DNA of 62,000 nt from Lama guanicoe (taxonomy: Eukaryota), in NCBI GenBank assembly GCA_013239625.1, contig MU054212.1, positions 4,136,650-4,198,649 of the forward strand, given 5' to 3'. Below are positions 11,441 through 25,698 of the stretch, in pieces. The notes below the pieces were generated by a model, which was given only the letters and a program-made list of their open reading frames with translations, ran no database searches and was not told the origin of the DNA. Each line of letters opens with the position of its first letter. Within the stretch, counting starts at the first letter, position 1. The position numbers and the translations under genes are program-made.

Positions 11441-14400
11441 TAGTGGTGACTTTATCTTTGTGTTATTCAAATTATCGAGAAAAGCATCATTTATAACATT
11501 TATTAGAATATGGGCTTATTAAATCATAGCTACACAAAAATAGTCATTTGTGCATGATTTTATGTAATAATTCAGACTCTACTGTCACCTAGATACCAGT
11601 TTGCTTAAACTTTTGACATAATATTTAAAACAAAATAATCTTATTCTTAATCTTCACTCATGTCTATGAAATGATCACAGATGCCATTTAAGCCCTTCTA
11701 GTAAGGCAAAAAAATAAGTAAAAAGCATCAAGTAGAAGAATTTGCTTTCGGCATGTTCAGTCTCCCTGTTTGCTACTGCTTTACCAACCCCCAGGTCTCC
11801 TTTATAAACCTGATGCTTCCTTCCTTCACTCCTCAATGAACATGCAGAGGTTGTTCATGTCCATCAAGGTATAAATTATAGAAAACAGTAATACATTGCC
11901 TATTCTTGGAGATTTTCATTCTTAATGGATTAATGTTTCTAAGAGAATGGTGACATTTCTACAGTTTCAATAGATGAGGAAGATATTTGAGGTGGGCACT
12001 AGGGTTGCCTGTATTCACAATCAAAAATCACATCGTGTAAGCGCTTTCTTTGGTGTGTAAGTCAATCCTACCCCTCATGGCATGCATTCTAAGTTCACAT
12101 TGAATTGATTTTCCTTAACCTGAGCCTTGGGATTGAGTGGATTTTGCTGTGGGCCCTGCTTTATAAAACATGGATTCACCTTAAACCTCTCAGAGAAGAG
12201 AATTTTATAGGGTAGGACTGCAGAGAACCAAGTAACTAGTAGCTAGGCAACCAGAAGCAACTGTAAGAAAAGAAAGTTTGGAAAAGACCAATCAGATCTT
12301 CTCTACATAATATTTGGTATTAAGAGATTAAAAAGTATTATCTCATGTTAATTAGTAAGACTTGCTTGTGATACTCAGTGTCTTTCACATATACCTTTAC
12401 ATGAAATTTCTTGTATCAGTTTCTCTTCTGTCAGGTTTACTTTTGATTACCTGGGGGCTCTTGTCAAGAATCCATTTAGCTGCTTGGCTCAGGCTACCTT
12501 GGTAAGAACTACAAATTAGTATATTTTAAGTGCCGTCAACCTAAGAGTGAAGCACCGGGACCATGAAGCATCTGCCGTAGCCTCTTGGTGGACACAGTAC
12601 AATTCGGGCCCTGGAGATGAGAGGCTTACAGCATCTCCAGCCCCCTGTTCATTGAAGTCAGCTGCATCTACATCTCTGAGTTAAGGAGAAGGAGGCCCAA
12701 GGTGGTCAGAGTCCAGTACACTAGTGGGCACCATTTTCCTGCCTTTTCAGGTCACATGAGCTACATTGTAGTGTTTAATTTCAGGCTGTTTTGTTTGCAC
12801 GTAACATTAAACCAATTCAAACCAGGGGAGGTAAGAACATCTGGGTATCTCCAAACCTGAGGAGAGGAATGGGGCTAGACACTTGAAACCATCAAACAGT
12901 ATTCTCATATTCTTGCCTTACTACCTTGTTTGATTCATTCTTCCCTTTTATCACAAATCTCTTTTCTCTACTTCTTGAGTCAGTGGCGCCAGCATGTGAT
13001 GACTCTCTTACTTTTCATCATATAAACCAGATTTGAGATCTTTAGTCTCAGTTGCAAAAGCCTCAGCCTGGTGCTCATACTGGCACATGTAGAGTCAGGT
13101 GGTCCTGTCAGAATCAATGAACTATGACCAGAGCAGGAGGTCACAGAAGATATGCATGCTCCCACAGGAATCGTAAAGTGTGCGTGTCTGTGTGAACGGA
13201 ATTCCCAGAGGCAAGAGTGATGAAGGCAAAGCAATTGGAATCCACTGTATCTTGCCATCTCACAATATTCTTTGGCTAAAGATGACTTACCTCATTTTTT
13301 TTCTCTTTAAGAAAAATAATAGTTTCCCTAGCCAGGGATATGTTATGTAAAGTGTATAACAGCCTTACAAGGGAATTCATTTTTAGTTCCCCATCAAGTT
13401 TAAAGTGATTCTTTCTCTCGAAAGATGTACTTCCCATTTCATTGAATACAGTGACTAACAATGGAAAGTAATTGTGGCAAACAGAGCAACCAAAGAAACA
13501 CACATTAAAGCAACAGAGAGATGCAAGCCGTATGTATTTACTCCTACACTGACAAACAACCTTTGTCAAGCCTGTGGTTAGTGATAAGCAAAGTTTGTAT
13601 TCAGAGAAGACTGAACCCCAGTGAAGAAGACCAGTACTTAGAAACACAGAAGAACACCCAGGTGGTTTAAAATTTAGCACGATTGAATATTTTACTTTAT
13701 ATTTTAGCAAGAGGAAATGAAAATTGTTTTAAAAGCCTTCGTGTATCCCTTAAATTTCATCTTGATTACGTAGGCATAAAAATGTATATGGTTGTCAAAA
13801 GACTGTGGGTTAAACTCTTCCTGGACCTTTATTTTACAATATTCATAACACCACAATTTAAAGACCCACTCTAGGTACTATAAATTATTGATATCTAAAT
13901 TAGTTGAATCAGAACAACACCAAAGTCCAAAATGCCGGTGCCTATGTAAATTTAAGAATTCCTCCTCCATACCTATGTTTTAAAGAAGTTTACTTTTATC
14001 TGTGAATGCTATGATCTAGACAGAGTTAAACTTTCCCACTTGACTGTAGAGAGTGGCTGGGGAGAGTTTGTATGCAGAGGAGTGATTTGGGGTAAGTTTC
14101 AGATGGATTGCCTCTCCACCATGGCCATGTGATCTCAATTCTATAATTCCAGGTGTAATCTCAGACAAAGATAACTATACATGTCAGAAGTTTCTTTGAA
14201 CTTCTGCACTTTGGTTTTGCTAAAACTAGGTAGCATGTAAAGGCCACTCAAGTATATTGAGGTTGTGGACAAACTAGAAGTTGCTTATGTTTTAATCTGT
14301 GTATTTCTTTGGAGTGTGGTCACTTGGTAAAACAGACATACACGTCTAAGTGCACATGATGACGTAAATACAGCATCCCAACATTGAAGGTTGATCCTTT

Positions 14401-17139
14401 GCCTAGAGTGAAGGATACAAGTTATGTTTGAAAGAAAGCCAGTTTCCCACATGAATCTAGGGTACAAATGTTCAGCTTCCATTCAGGTTACCAATATTCT
14501 AATAATGTCCCCCTACTTTCTTTGGAGAGTCTTCCTAAAATACTTTCTCCATGTTCACTTAGCTCTTCACCATGGTAAACCCTCGTATCATCCAACTGAA
14601 CACTAAAACATACGAGAGCAGTTATGTAACAGCAACAATAAAAGCATGTATATGTCAAGGAGGAATAAGTATATTAAAGTTTGTTTCTCTCTTTTATTCA
14701 ACTAGGGTAGGCGTAGATTAACAAAATTAATTACACTGACTTTTAAAACTTAATTCCATTTCATCCTTTTTCATCCTCCAAACTTTGTGTCAATTTCTCC
14801 CACAATGCCTGTAAATGCTTTTATTATTAGATCAAAAGCTATTTTGGTTAAAGATTTTGTAATGTAGTTTGGCTCCTATGACTCTGGGTCAAATCCACTT
14901 TAAGAGAATGTGGCTAAAAGCATGCCAACTCTCACTTACCGTGGTTCCTACAGTGTCTCAAACTGTCTATTACCTCAATGTTAGATGTACACTTTTCCTC
15001 ACAGGCATTTGAATTCCAATTGTGGGTCTATTTTGATATCTTATAACCACACGTTTTCCCTCTCTTTCTCCGCTCCTTAGGAGGAATGTCTTGGAGAGGT
15101 TATTCTGTCTTGTCCTTCATCCGTCTTCCTTGCCTCCCATGCCCAAAATATGCCAGAAATCCAGAAAGCATCCTCTGTCACTTCTCTTCTCTGTCCTCTC
15201 AGTGGCATTATTTGATATTCTGCATGACCTATCAGGTCCACGGGACTTGGAAGTTGACTCTCAAATATAAATGTCCTTTTAAAACAAAAGAACACATATT
15301 TTCAATACACATTCTCAATCTACACTGTTATTAGGGTGAGTTTTCCCCCACAAAAGCACAGGCTTTCAATCTGAGAGCTTCCTGTTTCATTCCCAAGAAG
15401 ATTTTATGGAACATTTTAGATGTTTAAGTGATAAGGATCTTTGTGTAAAGAACCACTTCAGGTTAAGATAATTTAGACCAGGGAGCATGATTGCCTTCAA
15501 GATTCAAAGATTCTGCTTATTGCCAAGGGAAACAATAATACTTCAAAAGCACACCCTGTAGTTACTTTATGAATCTAAGTGTAAAATGCCTCAGTTGTAG
15601 CTTGCTGTTCTTTGAACTCTAGGCTTTTCCATTTAAAATAGATTTGGTTTAGTTTTTGCAGGTTGGCACTCTGGCAGACTCCTGCGTTAGAAACAGCCAT
15701 CTCTGTGGAGATACAGATTATGGTCTGTGTTAAATTATATTTACTGTTGATATCCTTTTGGCTTAAATTCGTGGCACATTTAGTGGAAGTTTAGTATTAC
15801 AGAAATTTTTTCAAATGATTTTGACAGAAGAAAAAATGGTACCATAAATATTAGAAGAAATATTTTTTGAAACCTTAATGTATTTCAGTTCTTGACTACA
15901 GAGGTAAAAGAATGTGGAATTCTAGAATGCGGGTTGTTCAGGACTCAATGGCTGGACCACTCTGCATATTTAAATGAAGATGAGACTCGCACAGAGTTTG
16001 CAAAATTTTCCATAGAATCCAAGAATGGTTTTGATTATGTGGAATATCCCTGAAAAGAAAAGATTAGTTTTAGAAAACTCCAGAGTATGTTGACTCTTCA
16101 AAATAAAGATTTTTTTTAAAATTTAAGTTTAATGTTAAACCTTCTGAATATTCCTCTCTCTATCGTAAATGGATAAAAATTTCCCATCTGGGAGAAATTT
16201 CTATAAATGTCTCATCTTAAGGATCTGTGAACAAAAGCTATCCTATGACCAGCTAAATGTAGCGAGACCTCTTTCAAGAATGTTCTAACAGTAATGAGAC
16301 CACACTAAATAAATATTAATCCTCTTTTTTATGAGTGTCCTGCAACTGTCATTAGAAGCTTCAGGATTTACTGGGGTATTTGGGAAGTTATACAATGATT
16401 AAATTTTCTTTCACTAAAGTTTTAAAATCTATATCTGTCATCATCATAAATTCAGTTACTTTAATCTTTGTCTCTGGTTTGTCTAAATGAAATAGACATT
16501 TGGGAGACAATGATTTTTCTGCTCAAATAAAAGTAGTATGATTACTGGACCAGCGCTGTAGGAAGAATTCAAGTATCAGATAGAGTAGTCTCTAGGTTAT
16601 CATCAAAACCCGATATCCTGTTATTATATAGTTTAGGCCACAAGGTTGTCAATATCAAACACAGCCATTGCTTCCTTAAATCTGCAACCTGAAACTAAAG
16701 CTAGAATTTTAAGTCACAAAGACATCACTGATAGCATGTGGGACATTTTCAAAGCTGTGCCAGGGGATTTAAGGAGCATTGCTTCCATTAATCTTGCTGA
16801 AAGTCTCATGACTAAATCCCTGTGCATTGCTTTAAAGATTTGCTCAGAAATGTCTCAGGATACAAAGTATGGACAAGTTATTCATTATAGCTTTTACTTT
16901 ACAGCATTCTGAAACACTTCTATGTAATTTAGCACTGACTTTCCTCTTCTATAGAAGATCATAAAAGACCTTCTGCCTAAATGAAAGATTTGCTTTTTGA
17001 TGAACTTTTATGAAGAATGAAAACTAGCTTTTACATTAAGCTTGACTGAAAGAAAAACAGTAGCAAAGTTGAAAGAAACTACATTGGGTACATTGATTTT
17101 TTTAAACCAAAAAAAGATAAAGCTTAGAATTTATGTGTT

Positions 17140-17207
17140 TATATATATACATATATATGTTTCAGGAATATATATATGCATGCATATATTCTATCAATAT
17201 ATATATT
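17140..17207. repeat. (TA)-rich low-complexity tract
   Basis: Interrupted tatatata runs. Confidence 0.7.
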
Positions 17208-18415
17208 GCTTAGGTATTGCAAATACCAAGTTTAATAAGACAGAATAGTTCATGATCTAATTGAGGAGATAGGGAGAAACATAAAGCATAGTAGAGAAAT
17301 GTAATTGGGAAAAGCGAGCCTGGGTAGTGTAAGATTTGCTGCAGAAAGAGTCATCTAAGGTATTGCACTAGAGTGATGGTTGGGTAGCAGAGGACATAAA
17401 GCAAAAAAGTTATAAAGTCAGATTTAAAGGACTTCATAATGCAATGGTAGTTTGCATTTCATTTTATAGGGATGATATGATCAAGTCAAAAGTTGAGAGA
17501 GCTAATTTAGATCTCATAAATGAAGGGTTGCCATGAGTAGACAGTAAACGCAGACAGATCACTAAGGAGGCTATTTCAAAGAGCAAGTAGAGATGAAGCA
17601 AATAAGAATGAAAGAATTGCCAGTGATAATGCAGAGAAAGAAATAGATCAAAGGAACTGATTGGAAACAAGAGAAAGAGGAGTCAAGAATTACTGGGGTT
17701 TTTAGCATCCTGGGTTGAGATATGGAAGAAAATAGAAGAGGCAGCCCCAGATTGAAGCAGAAGATAATGATTTCTGTTTTGGTTATGAGACGCTAGAGCT
17801 CTCTGAAGTCTGTGAGTGATTGCTGAGTGAGTTTTGGGGCTATAGATACAGATTTTGAGGCATCATCTTATAAGTGATGGAGTTGATGAGCTCATCTGGA
17901 GAAAGGGGAAAAAAAGAGTAAACGAAAGGCGATTGATTGGAGAACGTTGGTGGCGGCTGAGGTTAGAAAAGCAATCAGGAAGGGAGATGGAGAAAAGTGG
18001 CTAGGGAGATAAGAAGGGAGCCAGGAAAAGCTGCTCTTAGAGCTTTATCATTAAAGTGTTGGAGAAATGTCATCAGGGGCCCAAGGGGCAAAGTAGATGA
18101 GGAGGAAGAAGCCTTTAGTTTTGGTAACTATTAAGTCATCCATATCCTTAGCGACAGCTTTTTCAGCAGAGTGGTGGGGACAAGACCTGCGGGAGATTTA
18201 GGAGTGATCATGGATATAAATGATGGGAGATGTGAGTAGGTGGAGGGAGGTAGTATGGACTCACCTTCACAGATGTTTGGAAACAGAACCAAGAAGATAC
18301 ATGAGGTAGTATCTTGAAAAGATATATGTTGAGAGAAAGATTCTGTGGAAAGGAAGAGAGACCTGAGAGTGTTTGAATGGTCATAGTGGGGACTCCAGTG
18401 GAGAGAGAAAACCCT
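17208..18415 (-). mobile_element. L2 LINE, ~1.2 kb fragment
   Basis: Colinear antisense L2 blocks: 'gatatgatcaagtc', 'ggaggctatt', 'gagaaagaggagtcaagaat', 'gggctatagatacagattttgaggcatcatc', 'tttcagcagagtggtgggga', 'gagagacctgagagtgtttg'. Confidence 0.8.
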
Positions 18416-18542
18416 TAGGAAAGATGTCTGAAATTTCAGCTGGTTCAATTTTTTTAAAAATGTTAAGTTCAGTCTCTTTGTCTCCCTCAATATTACAGTC
18501 ATGCACAGGATGATTTGGGTCATAACTGCTCAGAGAGCTACC

Positions 18543-18931
18543 TGTATCAGTCAGGATAGGGTAATTTTTGCTGCAAAAACAAATTAGTCTTCTAATTCAA
18601 TAAAGTTTAGTTCTTGTTTTGCATCATGTTTTTTGTTGTGGGTTGACAGGGGTGTTCATGACATTTATTCAGGGATCTAGAGTGATAAGAGGCAGAATCT
18701 TGGTAAACATAATCTTATAATCACTACTGTAGGGGAAAGGTGGGTATTGTGAACGTCACATAGGTCCTTAAAATTTTCTCACAAAAGTTACATATGTTAT
18801 TTCTGCTCACATTTCATTGGTCAAGGGAGTCACATAGCCACCTGAATTCAAGTGGTCAGGGAAGGGTGACCCTACTGAATGTCTAGAAAGAGAATCAGAA
18901 AAATTATGAACATCTATAATGATTACCCTAC
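18543..18931 (-). mobile_element. MaLR LTR (MLT1K/L-like)
   Basis: Starts 'tgtatcagtcaggatagg', contains 'catttcattggtcaagggagtcacatagcca', ends 'taatgattaccctaca'. Confidence 0.8.
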
Positions 18932-19132
18932 ATTAAAAGCTGAAAAGGGAATTTGGGTTCAGAGAGGATGGATGAGGGAGCAAAACGGGTTGAATTAATT
19001 ATATTATCCAATGCTATTATGATTTAAAATACATAGAATATTGAAATCATCTCGTAGGAACACCTGTGAAAGGGATTTTTTCATAATTGTTTTGGAATGC
19101 TTCTAATAAAATCAGACAGTACGCCTCCCCTA

Positions 19133-19530
19133 ATATATTAGTTATGATGAATTTCATCTGCGTGTGACAAGAAAAATATATAACAGTGGCTGAAATAAGG
19201 TACAATTATTTTTCTCTGACATGGAAGTCTGGGTAAGAGGTCCAGAGCCTCTATGATCATCAGGAGCAGACTTTTTTCTACCTAGTTTCTTCATCATCTT
19301 CAATGTTCGATTGCCATTTTGTGGTCCAAGATGTCTGTTCCAGCTTCTGCCATTTCATCTGTATTCCGGCAGCAGGGCACTTCCTGAAAGTTCCACTACT
19401 GCATTGGCTAGAACCTAGATACTCACAATGAAGGCTGACCTATGTGGTCTTTATTCTGGGAGCCCATGTGTTCAGTTGACATTTGGAGATCCCATTTCTG
19501 AGTAAGAAGAGGAGAATGATATCACATGAC
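19133..19530 (-). mobile_element. MaLR LTR (MLT1J-like)
   Basis: 'aacagtggctgaaataag', 'ggtccaagatg', 'cattggctagaacctag', 'tctttattctggg' are MLT1J-type blocks. Confidence 0.75.
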
Positions 19531-22374
19531 TGTCCATTTACTATATATAATTCACTATGCCTGTGTGGAGGGTCCTCCTTTTTGATTTGAGGTTTCCTCC
19601 TATTTTTAACAATTCTTATCATAAACAGAAATCAAGGACTCCGTGTTCCACATCGAAAAAGTAACGAGTCAGTAGGAATACATACATATGTTGGAGCTAG
19701 CTTGTCTTTAGCCTCTTATTCAGAATGGGGCAGCACTTTGAGAAGAATGAGCACCAGGACAGGTTTCGGTGCATTTCATGGCCTCTTACTAGCTTAAACT
19801 AATTCACAGTTCATGTCAGGAAGTAAGTGATCGTGGGCTTGGAAAGATTGACCAATATTTTCAGTTGGCTGTGAGTTTAACTCACAGTGTCCTGTGCAGA
19901 ACTGGGTGCCATATAGAGTCCTTGCTATAGAATTCCAAAGAGAAAGTGAGATTTGGAGAGCGAGAGAGATTCTTCATTTTTACTTCACTCCCATAATGGG
20001 AGCTGTAAGATAGAACAGAGTTTAGAGCCAAAAGAGAGAAGAGATAAAGAGCTGTGGAACTTCAAAAGCAGGCGAGGTTGGCAGCTGCTCTTGACCCAGC
20101 ATTAGACCTGGCACAGATTTCAGGAAACAGTTGAGATCTTCTGCTTTATACTTTTGTTTTTCATTTGTTCCTTGTTAGAGCCTTTCCACTTCATACACCA
20201 GATGTTGAACTTCCATTATTATTGTGTTGGTAGTAGTAACACAAATTTGAATTATAGGAGAATGTATTATTCAAGTTGCAGATGAGATAAGCCGTGCCAA
20301 AATATGCATGAATTAAACATCCAGTAACCCAGGGCTTGATGGAGCTCTGAGTCAGGGAAAGAGGATGGTTGGGAAACTGATGGCTGATATTCCTGAGAAT
20401 ATGGGGTGTCCCTTCTGTTGCTTTGTACTTTAAAATGGGATAATGATGGAAAGCAGGAAAAAAATCTAAAGCTGAAGATTTACATCTAATTAGGAATTGG
20501 ATCATAGTCATTTAAGTCATAAGATAGTAAAAGATGTATTTAAATTGATGTTAAGTATAAGAAAGAAAGCAAAAAAGCTCTCCTCATTTTCCAATTAATA
20601 TTTCAGGGATTCGCTCCCTGTTATCTTTAAATCTCATATAATATTATAAATCCCTTTTTCTATTAAAGAAAATTTATTTTCCTTTCAAGTTTATATAAGT
20701 TTTAACTATTAGGGGTTTATATGACAAAATTCAATATTGATTTTTTTTCTTTTTTGGTATTCCTGACCAACTCAAATCCTTTTTATAATTTCACAGCCTT
20801 TTCATACAGCAACTTTATCAGGGTGCTAAATAGCCCTTCTTTCTGACAAACAAAAATAAATTAAGGAAAGATCTTATAACTTGACCCTGAACCTGATATA
20901 CTACCATTTATTTTTAAGTCGCTTTAAAAAATTTATGTGGCACTGTCTATATCACAAAGAAATGTTTGAAAATAAGATTTTATTATAGGATGTCAAGCCA
21001 TCTTTTAAAGTTCAAGGACATATAGCCTTGGCATATTTATTTATCCCACAGCTTGTGTTGGTTTTAAGTGGATATGCATTAATAAAAGATAACTATTGTT
21101 TATGCCACATCTCATCTTTCTCCTTCATAGAAAGGAGAAGCAAAACAATCTATTATTTTATACAGTTGTTGGTAGAGGGAAAAGAGTAGAGATCAGTCAT
21201 ATTACTGTATCAGTTTGTAAGAAGTCCCTCGACAAGACATTTTGCACCAAAATTGATAGCTCATCATGTATAGTAGATTATAATCTCTAGTGAAGGAAAT
21301 ATGGATAAAATCAAACAATGCTCAGAGGATGCTACACTGCAGAATGATATCAAGCACCCTGTTCTGCATCCACATTTTTAGCACCACTGATTTGGGGATA
21401 CATACCTGTTAGCAACAGGATAGCACAGCACATTGCCCAAGTGCTTCTGAAAGGAAATATCACCAAGTGAATATAGAGTGTGGATAAAACCTTTCATTCA
21501 GTTATGAGGATGAAATATGACATCTCCCTGGTAAATTGCATGTATATATACAAATTCAAACGTTGTGGTTGACATTTTTAATAAATCTCAAAGTAAGTTA
21601 AAAATACTAAAATTCCAAAAGGGTCCTGAATTCTAAGATGCTTTGGCATCAGTATGTCCACAGATTTTTGAATGAGCAGAAGGAATGACTGACTGTTAAT
21701 GAGAATGAACTCAATCTCTCTTCCCTCTTTTGCTCTCTCTTTTGAATTAATTGGCTTGAACTTGCCAGCATCACAGTGCAGACCATAAAGAATGGAAGGG
21801 CTTGGCGTGCACCGTGTTTTCTCCACTGCATTAATTGAACTGTAAATGAGATTTCGGTCAATAAAATAAAACACGTTGCCCAGAGCACATGGAGGGAAGC
21901 CCGAGAGAGAGAGTCAGTTGCTTAGTGATGTGAGCAAGGTGAACGCAGCTTAAAGCTTCTCCCATAAATCAATTCAGATAAAGTATAGTGTCTACTCCTT
22001 GTTGATCTCTTCCCTTAAGTCATTTTACAAATTCTTAGACACACATAGAGAATACGTATCAAGAATTTGTGTTTGTCGTCCCCCAAACATGGGGCTCTCT
22101 AACACTGCTCTTGGCAGCAGTTCATCGTGACTTTCCACATCTATGTGGACCAGCTCTCCAATACCCTGGATGCTCAATTCTTTGACCTCTTCTCCTCCTA
22201 TGAGCTTCTCCAACAAATTCCTTCCACCTCTCACTCTCACACTCATGCTGTAGGTTTAGCATGCCCCAGAAATGTGACTCCATAATTCTCACATTTGAAG
22301 CCCACCTTCAAACTACCACCTCCCCTTTTGCCAGCTCACTTCCTCTGCGGCCCTTATTTCAACCTTCCCCTCTC

Positions 22375-22376
<2 letters not shown>

Positions 22377-22446
<70 letters not shown>

Positions 22447-22447
22447 T
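22377..22447. repeat. (TTTC)17 tetranucleotide microsatellite
   Basis: Perfect TTTC units 22377-22444, occupying the position of the L1 poly(A) tail. Confidence 0.97.
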
Positions 22448-22990
22448 ATCATTTTTTATTGATTTATAATCATTTTACAATGTTGTGTCAAATTCCAGTG
22501 TAGAGCACAATTTTTCAGTTATACATGAACATATATATATTCATTGTCATATTTTTTTCTCTGTGAGCTACCATAAGATCTTGTGTATATTTCCCTGTGC
22601 TATACAGTATAATCTTGTTTATCTATTCTACAATTTTGAAATCCCAGTCTGTCCCTTCCCACCCTCTGCCCCCTTGGAGTTTGTATTCCTATGGTCTATT
22701 TCTGTTTTGTACCTATGTTTTGTTTGTTTGTTTGTTTGTTTAGATTCCACATATGAGTGATCTCATATGGTATTTTTCTTTCTCTTTCTGGCTTACTTCA
22801 CTTGGAATGACATTCTCCAGGAGCATCCATGTTGCTGCGAATAGCGTTATGTTGGTTTTTATGGCCGAGTAGTATTCCATTGTATAAATATACCACATCT
22901 TCTTTATCCAGTCATCTGTTGATGGACATTTAGGCTGTCTCCATGTCTTGGCTATTGTAAATAGTGCTGCTATGAACATTGGGGTGCAGG
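22448..22990 (-). mobile_element. Young, 5'-truncated L1 (ORF2 C-terminus plus 3'UTR), camelid-type
   Basis: ORF 22740..23015 encodes the L1 ORF2 end (CTPMFIAALFTIAKTWRQPKCPSTDDWIKKMWYIYTMEYYSAIK...SLICGI*). 3'UTR follows, with minus-strand AATAAA at 22455-22460. Confidence 0.95.
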
Positions 22991-25284
22991 AGACCATCTT
23001 TCTTTTTTTTCTCATTGGGACTTAAGACACCTTGATTTTCACCTGTCTTCCTTCTCTCCATCTCGTCATTCCTCCCTTCCCAGCTTAAATTCTGTGGTCA
23101 GTCGTTACCATTCCCTCGCACATATACTTGACTTCCTTGGCCTCCTCTCTTTCCCTCGTATTTCTCACATTTCCTCATACTCATTGAATCTTGGTTAAAT
23201 CCCACTCTCTGTTTACTCCATCACTACCTGCCAATGGCCCAGTGTGTCTGGAGGAGACCTTGGCAGACTAACCCCACTTAAGGGTCTTGATGGTGGGCTC
23301 AGGTGACATCATGGAATAGGAATTACACTGTACACCCCTCTCGCGTTCCCTCTTCCTCTTTCCTAGGAAGCTGCTGCATACTTTCCCATTTCCACAAATC
23401 CCAAATATTCCTTCCCTTTCCTCTCTCCGCCTGCTAACCTTTCTTACTGTGAGGAGGAAATGGTGCCCCATCGACACTTTACCTCCCTCACGTTTCTTGT
23501 TTGACAGTGTAAATCTAGGTCTATGGCATCCAAATATGGAAATCTGTGTTGAAGTTTTAGGGCCACTTGGTTGTTGAAGGAAAGGAGGAACTTCTGGATG
23601 TTCATATTTTTGTAAAAAGAAGCTCCTGTACACTCTTGATGACAATTTCTGGGCTGCTTTTTATTCTTACCTTGTAACGTTTTTATAGAACAATGTTTCT
23701 GGTCAGAAACCTGCTAACATGTAACATCTCTTTAATTGAGCCTCCTTGCTTTCATCAAGGTGGAATTAAATGTCCAAGTTCAGGCTGCTGGCAGCTCTGG
23801 GACTAGGATTCAAGGCCCCTTACTGTTTCTTTTTAGCTGTTTTGATTATAACTGAGTCCTCCATCAAATTAAAGGAAAAGTTAGACCCAGACAGCTGGGA
23901 ACTCTAAGGGCGGACAAAGAAAATCAATTCTTAGGGAAGTGATTAGGTGACGATGGCTTGTCCCCATATACGTATAGAGTGGGAATAACATTATTCTGAT
24001 CCGTCAAGACACTGATCAGCAGGAGCAGACTAAGACTTAATTACCCAAATCAAACTGACCTTCTGAGCAGAGTGACTATTTTTCCTTAAGTCATTTGTCT
24101 CACTGTGATACCTCCCTTATAACCTGCTCTCCTCTTGTCTACAGAATTGTCCTATTAGCCCTGCTGTCCTCCTCCTCATCCTCACTCTGCACCGCCTGCA
24201 CTTGTGCGCATTAAGCTGGAGGCAGCCTCTCACTCTCTAGAGCCCCCTCGTTCCTGCTTTTCATCTTGGAAGGTCTTGAGGCTCAGGGCACCATTTGCTG
24301 GGGGGCTTAACCTTGCTCCAGCTCACTCTCAGGGGTAGAAAAGGTGTTCTCTTAGGTATTTGTTCCTTCCACATGGCATTCTTGCTCATATTGCCACACA
24401 ATAATTAAAAAAAAAAATCCTAGGATATTTAGATTCATTATCTCCAGAATACAAAATTGGAGCAATCCTTTCTATAGGTCTTTCAGTGCTGTTAGCCCCT
24501 GTTATTTGATTGCCTGCTGTTTATATTTTGTCTGCCTTCAGATCCTAGAACTGTTGAATACTGTAACACTCGTCTGCCTTTAGGCTGAAAGGAATTCTTG
24601 TCCCACCCCTGCTTCTGCTGAGCTCTGTCTGCCTTCTCCTTCTTCCTTCTCTGTTACATTTGATTTGGAATGCTTGTCTTTGCCACCTAAATTGCTACCA
24701 GCAGAGACTCTCTAAAGGCCCAAATTCTATTACTTGTAGCACCAATCAATTGACCCACGGGAGCCCTCCATATTGTACAGCTTGGTTTATTTTATGCAGG
24801 ATAAAAGAAAGTCACGTAATTTCAGAAATACCAACTTGAGAATGTCCATTAAAATAATTCACCAGGATTATTTAATTTCACCCAACCTCTCCTCTTCAGC
24901 ATCGTAATGATTAGTATGAGCTTTTCCGTCCTGGGTCTTACCCACAGGGCTCTCCCCAGCCTCAGGGGTTTCCTGCCAGGTGTTTCACATGGCCCCTCTG
25001 GCTAACAGGGGTACCTTACCTCTCTGCTTCCTTCACTTTTTCCGTGCAAACCACCAGATTTTAAAATTCACTCCACTATGAAGACTTTCTCACCTTCCAA
25101 GGTGGCAATTAGCAAAGTTGTTATCAAACAACTCATTTGTGCTTAAAGGAAGCCACGGGAGACAGACTCTTGCACTCAGGTCCCTGAAGTGCTCCTTGAG
25201 TAACAAGTACATTTTATTGGAAATCTTCCAGCCAGCATGCCCCACTTTTGTTGTCAAAACTAAAAGTGTAGTTAATCATAAAAA

Positions 25285-25625
25285 TAATAATTTTTAGTAT
25301 ATATTGAGCACCCTCTAACTGCCAAGCTTTCTGTTATATGCTTTATATCCTTAAAAAGAAAGGAAAAAAATCTTCTGTTACTCTAGAGTGATAGCAACCA
25401 TTCTAAACCTCATTTTACTAATGAAAGATGAGATTAAGATGATTAAATAACTTGCCCAGGGTCATACAAGTTTGGCACAACATATCTTTTAATCCCCACA
25501 CCCAGTTGGCTGGTGCAGAGAATTTAAATATTTCTCATGTGTCACAAAACCAGTCAGCAGCAGATTTGGCACTCAGAGTGAATCTTCTGACTTAAGAGCC
25601 TTTGGATTCTTCTGTGATACCTTAT
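25285..25625 (-). mobile_element. MIR fragments
   Basis: 'tattgagcaccc...cctcattttactaatgaaagatgag...ttaaataacttgcccagggtcatac', plus a second degenerate MIR head at ~25510-25620. Confidence 0.75.
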
Positions 25626-25698
25626 GTCTTTATTACTTCATACTAACCTTGTGGAAAGTATTAAGGTACTTTGAAATCAGGTTAAAAGATAAGAAGGT

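Larger units (their letters stand above)
22090..23450 (+). mobile_element. L2 fragment split by a younger L1 insertion
   Basis: L2-like pyrimidine-rich sequence at ~22090-22365 resumes colinearly at ~23010-23450 ('cattgggactta...ttcccagcttaaattctgtggtc...ggttaaatcccactctctg'). Confidence 0.65.

Noticed and set aside
12239..12251. RFX X-box-like GTAGCTAGGCAAC
   Set aside because: One degenerate motif; cannot support a regulatory call without conservation data.
13276..13710. 144-aa minus-strand ORF with a strong GAG|GTAAGT donor near 13290
   Set aside because: Protein unrecognisable and no convincing matching acceptor; isolated donor motifs are common.
14930..16068. Possible exons from a minus-strand acceptor (~16050) and donor (~14940), or a plus-strand acceptor at 15661
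   Set aside because: Sites do not pair into plausible exon sizes, and the translations are closed or unrecognisable.
22740..23015. ORFs 22740..23015 and 37094..37342 as genes
   Set aside because: Both are L1 ORF2 C-terminal remnants, not host genes.
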